Below the pieces are notes generated by a model, which saw nothing but the letters and a program-made list of their open reading frames with translations, was not told the origin of the DNA and searched no databases. The position numbers and the translations under genes were made by a program. A DNA stretch of 63,222 bases, the filler included, from Perkinsus chesapeaki ATCC PRA-425 (taxonomy: Eukaryota > Protista > Perkinsozoa): the NCBI GenBank assembly GCA_013115145.1. It is 5 parts of 5 records of this genome, joined end to end, with 100 filler letters (N's around TTAATTAATTAA, not from the genome) between each part and the next. Parts side by side here need not be neighbours in the genome. Positions count along the whole stretch, not along the records: positions 24,571 to 56,091 come from JAAPAO010000418.1; 4 more parts are not named here. One strand, 5' to 3'. Below, in pieces: positions 38,397 through 48,768 of the stretch; position 1 is the first letter of the stretch, and each line of letters starts with the position of its first letter.

Positions 38397-40372
38397 CTAC
38401 CTGCGATACTGCTGCTGCTTTCGACTGTCACGTTTTACAGGGGAACCGGTTGACTTCTCCGTGTTGGAAGAAACTGTTCTATATGGATCCGAAGAATGCG
38501 GCCCCACAAGAACCGCTTCCTGTCCATCCCAAGACGGTGTCACTGGCCTCGTCTCGGGAGTGATGTCTTGTTGATAGCCGAAGCCTTCACCACTGCCGTC
38601 ATTTTGGCCGTGGTTATTCTCTTGAAGCTTAGAGTATGACATCCGCTCCCTTCGATAATTAATAGGTTGAACGTTGGTGAGGTAATGATAGAATGCTTCC
38701 TTGTGGTCATCTTCATATACGATTATCGGTCGGAAGGCCTCCGGCATCTCTATGACCGGTGAATTGTTATAATGGTCAACGTTAGCTTCAAATCCTAAAG
38801 AGCAAGTTGACATGAGAGAGAAGGACCAAGGGACCAGGCTAGTCTCAGAAATGTGAACGACGAACCCCCCCCCACGGAATGGATAAGCAATAGATGGCGC
38901 GTCGAGTAACGAATAACAGAGGAGGAGGAGAGTTTCAGTCATTTGCTTATCAATTTGGTGGTCGAAAAGAGTAATGCCTTCAGCTTTCGGGTATGGGAAT
39001 AATGACCAGCAACTACACGGCATCGATGTGCTCACCTTGAACACGTGCCCAGCAGACTTGAAGTTTCTTAACGTTCCAGGTTGCACCAAAATTGGACAAT
39101 GGGACATCTGGGCAAGCAAGAAAGTAGATGAATAGCTCAATACGGTGAAGTGGCGACCTACTGTTGAATTGAAAAAAGAACTCGTTGACAAATTCCGGCC
39201 TCTTGAGATTCACGAAGGCATAACCGAGGTTGTTACCAGACGAAAAGTCCAGTGGGGCATAAAAAAAGTCAATCTTTGACCTGACACGGCGGCGGCGATC
39301 CTCCTCCTTTGGGTGGTGGAGTAGGCGAGCGATTGGCCTACCTAAATCCGTGGGAGAACAGGATTTCCAGGACTTTGGTCTGGCCCATCGAATAAGGAAT
39401 ATTACGGAGCATGACAGTTGACCGGGTATCGACAGATGACTCTCCTGAAGACAGAAGATAAATGAGCAAATGACAAGTGATGAAAGTCAGCCTCCGGCAG
39501 TGATTCGCAGAGCAAGGGCCGCCGTTGATGATCCGCAATTACTAAGCGTCCGTAGACTGGCTATGGCGGTCCTTACTTAGGATAGGAGCTGAACGTTTGA
39601 AATATTTGTGATTGTTGCTATTCCTATCCTTTTCTCCCATCGGACTCTGGCCAGCTCCGTGAGAGCCTTGACGGCTATTCCTCCGATCGTGTGATGGTAT
39701 GGCAGTATTATTCCTAGCATGATTGTCTCCAGCAAATCTCGAGCGCGCAGAACCTCCTGAAATACAACAACCTCGAGCGTCGTCGTCGTCGATACATAGC
39801 GCTTAATTACTATGTGTTCCACGCCTTTCCCATAGTGGTCTTGGATTGTACAGCAGAACTTGCTCATCGTTATCAAAAAAAGCACCAACGGTATTGTCCT
39901 GTTGGGATAATTCTTTGTCGTCATCGTACTGATAACCGGCGGTAGTAATCCGTGGACATACATTATTTCCATGAGTGCATATTGTAGAAGGCGAGTGGTC
40001 AACCAGCTCACATACGCCACCTTTAACAGCTGGTGGGCAGCTCTGTTCTCTCCTATGGAAAGCCCTGCATTTCCAGTGCTTCCGCACATAGCCACTACAG
40101 ACTTGTTCGTCTATGTCTTCACCGTCAGTTGGGCCTTGACTTTCGTGCCCGGCGTCTTCGTCGGAGTCAAGATCCACGACACCTTTTACCGGATCATTCA
40201 ACCGAAGGGAGATGAACGTGTTCTTGAACTCCAACGTACCGGCACCACTCCTCCACGAAGTCGGGGAAGTTATCTTCTCGCGGAAACCATCGCGGAGCAG
40301 TTCACCGTTATTAGGAGCCACATATGACTTGCCAGCAACCGCTTGGTTGGGGGGAATATCAACAGAATTCAT
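38397..40372 (-). CDS. Mei2-like RNA-binding protein (C-terminal RRM3/RRM_2 type), multi-exon
   Basis: STVMLRNIPY..., DFFYAPLDFSSGNNLGYAFVNL, CWARVQG, HYNNSPVIEMPEAFRPII. Confidence 0.85.
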
Positions 40373-40531
40373 GCTTGTGGGGTAACACTGGGAGACGAAG
40401 TAAAGATATAATATTAACTTACGAGACAACAACTAACAGTAATAGCGATCGTTCGATACAGCGCCACAATATTCCCAGGAACGCAACACCGGCTATAACT
40501 TGATATTGAAAAACTGTGAAAGAAAAGGGGT

Positions 40532-43108
40532 TTAGGGGGACTGGACGGACATGGCAGCGCCCTTGTCCGCTTTGATTTCGGTAGCAACATCAGCAGCATC
40601 GGCTCCGAGTATCTGAGCTCTATAAGCAGGGATATCCTCCGGGTTATTATAGACAACCTGTGGATAGCCCCTCGGCCACCAATTAGCTCGTCCGAAGAGT
40701 GTCAGCAGGGACGGAGTGACTAGGCCTTGCATGACAAAGGCATCCAATAGTATAGCCGTTACAAGAATGAAGCCAGACTGATTCACCATCGGTGTCGAGG
40801 AGAATATTAGTCCACAGAAAGTTATCATCATAATACCGCCAGCAAGCGCAATAACCATACCAGCCTTCCACACGCCAATGTGCACGGCGGCCTTGTCCGA
40901 AACACCACGATCATGTTCCTCAACAACTCTCCCTAGAAAGAAAATATCGTAATCCAGACTGAGACCCAAGACGATTGAAAATGCTAGCGGTGCTGATATC
41001 CAGGAAAGACCGTCAGTTGATGAATCACTGGCTACTGCGGGCCAGTTGAGGAAATTAAGCCACCCTCTGAGATAAACTCCGGCCGCGAGGCCAAATGAGA
41101 ATATTAATGTTATAGCAATTGTTAGCACTCCTCTGACCGCAATGACGAAAGACCTATACACCACGCCGACCAGCACGAGACACACAGTTGCCGTTGCTGC
41201 AATGAAAGCCGGAAGACTAGCAACAACAGACGACATAGAATCATGCGATGCTACAGATATTCCAGTAATCCAAACACGTATTTGACCACCGCTTTGTTTC
41301 TCAGTATCGGAAACGAGACGACGCAATTCAGTGACGAACTCCGACGCCTTCAGAGATGTCGGCACATCGTCAGTTATCAACGTTGCCATCACAGCATCAC
41401 CCAACGGACTTGAACTCTTCCTAAGACCACCTTGAAACTGCTTACATAATATAGAGGTACAAGAGGGTGAGGTTAAGAACTTGGCCGACTGGTAGTTCAC
41501 CTCGACGGGATCCTTCCCGGGCACTTTCACATACATCGGGCTCAATACGGATCCCTGAGGATATTGTTGCATTAACCTCTGATCAATTTCCCGACACAAA
41601 TCCAAACTGCTTGTCCAGAACTGTTCGCTCAATATGGTGCCTTCCATTGGGTTCTCGAAAACCACCGTGAATGGGCCGCTCATTCCAGGAGTGAATCTTT
41701 GCGACATCCTTGCCGACGTCTCGCTTACGGAAGATGACCGTGGACTTGCAGTGGAGACGTTAGACGTTATTGTTATAAAAGAGCAGGCCCACCCAAATAC
41801 ACCAGCAATAATGCAAAGAAGTAATATAGATACCACTGCCGCCCATGGTGTGGTAACACCCTTACCCCAACTGTACCAAAAACGCCATCTCAGCCAACGC
41901 TGGAGGCACGAACGAGCCGTGGTAGAAGTTGCCCCGCTCATATTGAGGTCACGACTGGGAACGTCTGAGGCATTACGCTGCCTATCCCCGCCGCAGCAGC
42001 AGCCTTTGCCGAAGTATCCAAAGAAGGTCGGGAATGTGATGATGAGAGTAGGTACCAATGTAAGATTCACACCAACCGCGCAGAGAGTCGAAAGCATCAG
42101 TGCCAAACCAATGCTCCGGAAAAGATCCACTGGTATTATCATGAGGCACACGAAGCATACAAATAGAATGCTGCCCGAACTGATAACAACGTGGCCGCTA
42201 TATTGTAACATTTCTTGGCACGCTTCATACGGAGATCTTTGGTTCGGCCCAGTGACTTCTTGACGGAATCTTGTAAGTTGGATGAGAGAATAATCAATAC
42301 ATAGTGCCATGAGTAGGAATAACATCATCATTGGGCCACCGGTACTGACGGACATGAGAAGTGATAATAGATAAAGGCAGGAGCCACAGATAGCGATGGA
42401 GAATAACAAAGCGGTTAATGGTAAAAGCAGCAGACGCCAAGAACGTAGAGCATAAGCCAGGAGGAGGAATGCCAACGGTAATACTACAGCATGAATAATG
42501 CCTAACTCGATTTCACTAACTTTGGAGGACTCCTCGCCCAGAGCGAGGATTCCAGCCCAACCAACAAACAGAGAAATGTTACTGTATTTTTGACCAACTA
42601 AGTCAGCGGTCTTCTTCTCGATATCCCCGATGTTTTTAACATCCATCCCGAACATCACAGTGAAGATTGCCGACTTGTTGTCCGGCGATAGATACGTACT
42701 CGTCGGTTCACCAGACCCTATTGCGGTGAAGTAATCGGCGACTTGAACACTAATATTCTCAGGGAATGATCCCCGAACCGTTTCTGTGATATCCTGCAAA
42801 AGGTTGTTACCGAGAAGATCACCTGGCTGCTGGTCTTCAAGGGAGACGAAGAGAACTTCGGGAGAATGGAAATTGCCTCCAGGGAAGAGCCTGGTGGTCT
42901 CAAGCGACGCCACGTAAGCTGGTGAGCCCGCTGGAGCAACCAAGGCGCTCGTTAAATTGTCAAACATGTGAATCACACCAACAACACCAAGCCCAGCAAG
43001 AATCAGCCACAAAGGCAGGAGGACATAACGGAGGTTATGGAGGCACCGCTGATATTTGGAGACCAATTGAGCGTGCTTCCCAATGAAGCTAGTACAGCTT
43101 GTTATCAT
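40532..43108 (-). CDS. MMPL-family transporter, copy B (divergent), intronless
   Basis: ALCIDYSLIQLTRFRQE and GLSLDYDIFFLGRVVEE; same architecture as copy A. Confidence 0.92.
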   Translation of the reverse strand: MITSCTSFIGKHAQLVSKYQRCLHNLRYVLLPLWLILAGLGVVGVIHMFDNLTSALVAPAGSPAYVASLETTRLFPGGNFHSPEVLFVSLEDQQPGDLLGNNLLQDITETVRGSFPENISVQVADYFTAIGSGEPTSTYLSPDNKSAIFTVMFGMDVKNIGDIEKKTADLVGQKYSNISLFVGWAGILALGEESSKVSEIELGIIHAVVLPLAFLLLAYALRSWRLLLLPLTALLFSIAICGSCLYLLSLLMSVSTGGPMMMLFLLMALCIDYSLIQLTRFRQEVTGPNQRSPYEACQEMLQYSGHVVISSGSILFVCFVCLMIIPVDLFRSIGLALMLSTLCAVGVNLTLVPTLIITFPTFFGYFGKGCCCGGDRQRNASDVPSRDLNMSGATSTTARSCLQRWLRWRFWYSWGKGVTTPWAAVVSILLLCIIAGVFGWACSFITITSNVSTASPRSSSVSETSARMSQRFTPGMSGPFTVVFENPMEGTILSEQFWTSSLDLCREIDQRLMQQYPQGSVLSPMYVKVPGKDPVEVNYQSAKFLTSPSCTSILCKQFQGGLRKSSSPLGDAVMATLITDDVPTSLKASEFVTELRRLVSDTEKQSGGQIRVWITGISVASHDSMSSVVASLPAFIAATATVCLVLVGVVYRSFVIAVRGVLTIAITLIFSFGLAAGVYLRGWLNFLNWPAVASDSSTDGLSWISAPLAFSIVLGLSLDYDIFFLGRVVEEHDRGVSDKAAVHIGVWKAGMVIALAGGIMMITFCGLIFSSTPMVNQSGFILVTAILLDAFVMQGLVTPSLLTLFGRANWWPRGYPQVVYNNPEDIPAYRAQILGADAADVATEIKADKGAAMSVQSP

Positions 43109-43319
43109 TTATTAATGTGGGTTGAAGACTACAGCTGCGAAAAGATCGAGAATGCTAATATATTTAATCGATACTTAACACCACTCTGGAAAACACTTAT
43201 CGAAAGGCACGAGAGGGGTCCAGGACCCCGGGCCCTAATAAAATTCACGTTAATAGAATTCAGGGTTAATGCTAAGGTAATGAAGGCCACAACAAAGTGC
43301 GTGAGAGGTTGAGTGATGG

Positions 43320-45866
43320 TCAGGATTGATCGCTGATAATGCCAGAGCATGTGCTTTGTTTCTCCTTGTAGAGAATATCCATAGCATCGTTACATACAAT
43401 AGGTGGAGATTTACGTGGCCACCAATTAAGTCGACCGATAGCCTTGAGCAATGACGGTGTTATCAAGGGACGCATCACAAAGGTATCAAAAATAACAGCG
43501 GTGACTAATAGGACACCAGCTTGATTCATCATGGGAACAGATGAGAATAGAAGACCAGAAAAAGCAATTGTCATTATTGTGCCGGCCATAGAAATGACAG
43601 GTCCAGTCTTCCATACACCAACTTGTATGGCTGCTTCATCAGATAAGCCATTCTCGTGCTCCTCAACAATCCTTCCAAGAAGGAATATATCATAATCTAA
43701 TGCCAAACCAAGTATAATAGAAAAACCAATAGTTACCACCATCCATGATATTTCACTAGTAACAGCTGGTGATATGGATTCAATATGGAGGAATTGTAAC
43801 AATCCCAGCTGATGTGTAGCAACCAATACACCAAAGCCTACTATAATGGTTAAAGCTATAGTAAATATACTTCTTATAGGAATCATAACAGACTTATAAA
43901 CAATACCAATAGCAAGCAGACACGTACCTGCAGTTGCTCCCATGAATAGGGGAACTTCCCGGGATAGGGAAACACCAGCATCGGTTGTCGAGGCGCTCAT
44001 CCCAATCAGCCACACTTTAAATACATGACCATGCTCAGCATTTAGATCATCAACAACGTCTCTGAGACGATGAACAAACTCCGATGAGCTTGTAGAAGTC
44101 GGTGGTTGATCTGATAGGACTGTTACTTTCAATGCTGTGTGATCTGCATTCACACTTTCATTAAAGGCTGTCTGAACGCCAATGCATATTGATGTTATAC
44201 ATGATGGATTTAGTAGTTGCTCGACCAATGGTAAACTAAGAATCATTGGCTTTTCATTCGGAACTCGAGTATAAAATAGCCCTATCATGGCAGCATGGCT
44301 CTGATCTGCAAGTAAGATAGTATCGATAGATTCACTAGCAACCATAGCTGTTGACCAGAAAGGTTCAGATAGCACTGTAGAATCTGTAGTTGCCTCGAAC
44401 ACTAGTACATACGGACCACCGATGCCGGAAGGGAACTTAGCCGATGCTTGTTTGTCGAGGTCGGCTACACTGGACCCTCGAGGCAAATATTGACGAACAT
44501 GGTTACTCAAGAGTATCTTACTACACGACCAGCCCAACACAATAGAAAGCACCACGGCAATGACTATAGAGGCCAAAAGCGCATACTTCGTAGTTGCAAA
44601 CCGTCCCCAACGAAACCACAGCGGGGGATCGAATCTACAACATCTACCACCACGACACCGTTGATTGGATGAGGCGCCTTCATCAACGGTATCACATTTA
44701 GGACACAGAAAACTATCGAAGTCGGCAAAAAAACGGGGGAATGCGAGAATGAATGTCGGGGTGACCGTTAGGGTAAGTGTGATGCAGTGCAGAAGAGAAA
44801 TGACAAAAGATAATGCTACAGAGGTGAACGTTTGCACAACAAGTATCCAAGCGAAGCACAGCACGAGAATACCACCGGATGCCAGAACTACTCCGCCGCT
44901 CGTACGTAACATCTCGATACAGGCATCCTCAATCGTTTGTTCTTGCCTAACAACCTCTTCATGAAATCTGGTCAATAAAATGAGAGAGTAGTCTATGGAC
45001 AAAGCCAGAAGTATTACTATCGTGAGTATCGGTGATGCTGATGAAGCTCTTATCCACATGCTAATAATATATAGAGACGCACAACTGTATGTGACAGACA
45101 TTGCAATGACCAGTAATTGCAACAGTAATAGTCTCCATGATCTTAAACTTATGGCGAGAACGACAAATGTGATAGGGATAACGAAGATATGTATGATAAG
45201 AAGATCTCTTTCGAGGATAGCTGGGACCTCTTTGGCGAAAGTATGTGGACCACTGAACTGCACGTCGAGATTGAAAGAGGCAAAGTCATTTTCAAGCATA
45301 ATAATGACTTCTTGTTCTTGACGATATATTTCATTTGTAGTCCAATTATGTGAAAACATAACAGTCATTATTGATGACTTGTTATTATCCGATACAAATA
45401 ACCTTGCCACTCCTGGTAGAGCTTGAGCAGATGTGTACCCTTGTATTGAAACACCCGATGAATCTTTCCAGAAATCTTCAACCTTCATTGTTATATTATT
45501 TATCAAACCATCTGTTATAATATCATAAGCACTTGATTCTGGGAGCTCCACCAATAAGACTTCAGGTGTTAAAGTTGCTTCCGATCCGTACAGCCTCTCG
45601 ACTGCTCTGACAGCATGCCAACTCGGGTACCCACGTGGTGGGAGTATGGTGTTGTTAACGTGCTCGTAAACATGCAGTGTACCCACGATAGCCAATGAAA
45701 ATGAGACAGCCCAAAATGCGATTAAAACATAACGGAACCTCTTCAAAGCCGCGACGTACTTCGGGATGAACTGCCTGCTATTCGGGACAGAAACGACACA
45801 AAAGCGAGTCATGGCAACAAAAAACTGGAATCCATAAAAATATGTAAATGCATGTGACTGAAGCAA
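43320..45866 (-). CDS. MMPL-family transporter, copy C, intronless, mosaic near-identity with copy A
   Basis: ALSIDYSLILLTRFHEE and GLALDYDIFLLGRIVEE; long nucleotide tracts nearly identical to copy A. Confidence 0.92.
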   Translation of the reverse strand: MLQSHAFTYFYGFQFFVAMTRFCVVSVPNSRQFIPKYVAALKRFRYVLIAFWAVSFSLAIVGTLHVYEHVNNTILPPRGYPSWHAVRAVERLYGSEATLTPEVLLVELPESSAYDIITDGLINNITMKVEDFWKDSSGVSIQGYTSAQALPGVARLFVSDNNKSSIMTVMFSHNWTTNEIYRQEQEVIIMLENDFASFNLDVQFSGPHTFAKEVPAILERDLLIIHIFVIPITFVVLAISLRSWRLLLLQLLVIAMSVTYSCASLYIISMWIRASSASPILTIVILLALSIDYSLILLTRFHEEVVRQEQTIEDACIEMLRTSGGVVLASGGILVLCFAWILVVQTFTSVALSFVISLLHCITLTLTVTPTFILAFPRFFADFDSFLCPKCDTVDEGASSNQRCRGGRCCRFDPPLWFRWGRFATTKYALLASIVIAVVLSIVLGWSCSKILLSNHVRQYLPRGSSVADLDKQASAKFPSGIGGPYVLVFEATTDSTVLSEPFWSTAMVASESIDTILLADQSHAAMIGLFYTRVPNEKPMILSLPLVEQLLNPSCITSICIGVQTAFNESVNADHTALKVTVLSDQPPTSTSSSEFVHRLRDVVDDLNAEHGHVFKVWLIGMSASTTDAGVSLSREVPLFMGATAGTCLLAIGIVYKSVMIPIRSIFTIALTIIVGFGVLVATHQLGLLQFLHIESISPAVTSEISWMVVTIGFSIILGLALDYDIFLLGRIVEEHENGLSDEAAIQVGVWKTGPVISMAGTIMTIAFSGLLFSSVPMMNQAGVLLVTAVIFDTFVMRPLITPSLLKAIGRLNWWPRKSPPIVCNDAMDILYKEKQSTCSGIISDQS

Positions 45867-46338
45867 GGCGGTGATCTCTGAAACAGGTTATTGAAGACGT
45901 AGCAGTTATGGTGACAATGTTCAGACCCAGGATAGAAAGCAAGCATCAGAATCGTCGCCATCATCATCACTTCATGGGTAGCCCGTTAACCTTCTTAACT
46001 ACAGCTACCTATATTAGAGTGAGCCGGTGAGACAAGGTAAGCAACTTAGCCTTACCGCCTTGGTCCAGTCCTTCCACTCCGCCACTTTAAAATAGACGTC
46101 CGGCTTCAAGCTTATGCCCTTCTTAGTGGCGTTGCCTCTGATAACGACGATCAGATATTATAGCATATTAATTACATGCCTTACTTGAAATATGAGCGGA
46201 TGTCCACCAAGTACATCCCCTTAAAAGAGTACCTAAAACGAGCAACGTCCCATGAAAATACTCATCTCTGGATTGGCTAAGTTGCCCTGATCATTGCGTC
46301 AATCAGTTCGTTGAGCAGCTGAGGTATTAGCGAGGCTT

Positions 46339-46830
46339 TCAGTAACGCGACTCGCAGAAGAAGGCGTGAGAGATCCGCCAAAAGATCCGCCGATTTGTGC
46401 GCAATGTTCCCGCGGGAATATTGTATGATTCATGCCTATCATGCGCGTGCCTATCAATTCGAGGCGCGCGAGAACTATGTGCGGAGATACTGACTAAAAG
46501 ATGACGGAAATACAATTGATGATGATAATGGTGATATAGACAAATAAGATAACAACACAGCACTTACACCTTCATTTTGAGCCCTTTATCAACTTCAATA
46601 ATTACGGCACCATCGGGATCGATAAACGTAGAGTCATTTCGTAGAACACCAGTGAGAACTGTAGACTTCGCCCGGCCACCTTCATCGAGCCATCTGACAA
46701 CAACAAAACTGCTGCTTGTTCTTTTATCTACGAACATCACAAGTTCACGTGCCGACACGTTTTAATTTCTCCAATACTTAATCACAATGCTGGATCCAGC
46801 ATTTCATGGACAGCTCTCTAAGTCCTCCAA
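46339..46830 (-). CDS. exons of a hypothetical protein
   Basis: Exon KRTSSSFVVVRWLDEGG...DKGLKMK|GT with flanking GT/AG sites; no family recognised. Confidence 0.3.
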
Positions 46831-46966
46831 GACTGCTCACCCTCAGTCACGCAACCAGCACCTCGAACCGATTCACCACCGTTTTACTGTCCAGAGAAAG
46901 AAAAGCCGCCGACAAGGTCGAAGACACCGTAACGTGTTCGCGATTTCATCCGTTGTCTACTTTAAA

Positions 46967-47320
46967 GCAGCTGTAACCATTTCCTGTCGTAGAACAACTT
47001 TCTCGTATTTTTCCACATTCAGAAATACGCCCTTCTGCGTTGGCTTTCGACCTTCGTCATAGTATCTGATGATAAAGCCGATATGCGATGCTGCCAACGT
47101 CATGCCCATTTAGCCTACTTCCTTATATCCATGAATACCATTCCTTTCCACAGCTTAGCCTTCACCTTCACGTCATCGGTCACCCTCCACACGAATTCTT
47201 TCTGGTCTCCTTCCCCAGTGGCAGCCACGTACCTTAACGATAGATACCCTTAAGGAAGCGCCGTTTCTATGCGCTCTGATTCTACTACGGCTGCTCCTAT
47301 TCCCGCTGATTCCCGGTAAA
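46967..47320 (-). CDS. PC4/Sub1-like ssDNA-binding domain protein; start uncertain
   Basis: VKVKAKLWKGMVFMDIRK|YYDEGRKPTQKGVFLNVEKYEKV matches PC4 V..FKG...VDIREYY..P.KKGISL. Confidence 0.75.
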
Positions 47321-47479
47321 AACATAGGGACGGTTACACCCACGTCACGGTGTCACAATCCCACGGCACGTCACCGTGCGCAAGAAATGGATTCCGTAAT
47401 GTAACAGAGGCTCTGTCAAAGAGCAACGACAGAAACAACAACACAGTCGCTCGTGGAGCATCACGAAGAGCAGATAGAG

Positions 47480-48676
47480 AAATGAGCAGTCACCATCTGC
47501 AGGCGCGAAGTTGTACGAAGCCTACCGATATCCACCTTACATTGATTTCTCGGCCTCTTCACCAGGTTGCACAACTTCCATGGCGCTCATCGGCGAGGAC
47601 TGTCGCGCTCGCTTCTTGCTTGGGGAGGCGACCTGCCCGGGCGCGCTCTCCTGCTCAGCCTCAGAGTCCGAGGATTCCGAGTCAGAGGAGTCCGACGAAT
47701 CCGATGATGACTCAGAGGAATCAGAGGAATCACTCTCCGAGGAGGACGAGGACGAATCTGAGGTAAGAACCTGATTAAGTACTCTAAGTTTTCATTTCGG
47801 ATAACTATGCTGGTAGTCCTGTAATATCAACAACGAGATCCAGTTTGGAGTGATCATCGTTCCTGACTCGCGGGTCATATCGGAGAGCGCTCTCCACTTC
47901 GTAACAACCCCCAGAAGTCGATGACATATGAACGTGTGCAAGCTAAAATAGTATTGAACTGAGCACCACCAGCCGGGCATGGGCAGACCATCAATAGGTA
48001 TATGCTCATTTATGCTGAACTACAGAGTAGAGTACTTTACATCCGAGACCGATGCTATGGGTACAGGCTTCGAAATTCAACGTCCATTGCACGGCTCAAC
48101 GGAGGCGCTACTGCGCGGCGTGGCGCCATTGCGCAATTTGCGAGAATGGGCTACGCCGCAGCGGCATATTTTTTGAATGTTCCGGCAAAATAATTGCTAA
48201 ATTTGGTGCCCCTTCCGAAGGGGCCCTCCGAGTGGTTGAATTCCGTAGATCTCTGCAACAGGCAACTAGCGGCTCCGGTTAGACTGATTATAGGGTAATA
48301 AGTCTGGAATCGCCAAGTTGATGACTGGAAAATTAATGGCCTCCACCCTCTGCCACATGATCACATATTGCAACGGTACAGAAACCACCGTGAAAGTCGA
48401 GAGACATCAACACTGAATGTACCTTCCTTATCTCTTGCTCGCTTAGAAGGCCCCACCGGCCCAGTTGGAGGTGCCACCTTCGATGGGCAGGCATCACTAT
48501 CATCATCAGGAAATAAATTATCCATTTTACCACTTGTGGGAATCGAATCAGGGCGAAGGTGTCGAGAGTACGTAGACAGTGAACGGATGGCGGCCGGATG
48601 GGAGGCCAAAGAGACGAACAAGCAAACTAAAGGGGGAATAGCTCCGCCCTCTCAGCGCAACTCACACACTTCATAG
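47480..48676 (+). CDS. hypothetical multi-exon protein with Ser/Glu/Asp-rich tract
   Basis: Acidic exon SESEDSESEESDESDDD...ESE|GTAAG, later short exons and open terminal exon 48368-48676. Confidence 0.4.
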
Positions 48677-48768
48677 GAAAAGTTTTGCAAATAATAATAT
48701 ACAGTGATTTACGTGGGATCATCCGACCGCCGCCGCCGGGCTCGGGCTTGGGCGCTGCTGGTGATATA

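Noticed and set aside
46456-46470. AATTCGAGGCGCGCG variant of the intronic motif
   Set aside because: Core differs (AGGCGCG) and the site is probably exonic.
48535-48552. GGGAATCGAATC B-box-like match
   Set aside because: One mismatch in the core and it falls in a probable exon (LVGIESGR), so it was not counted.
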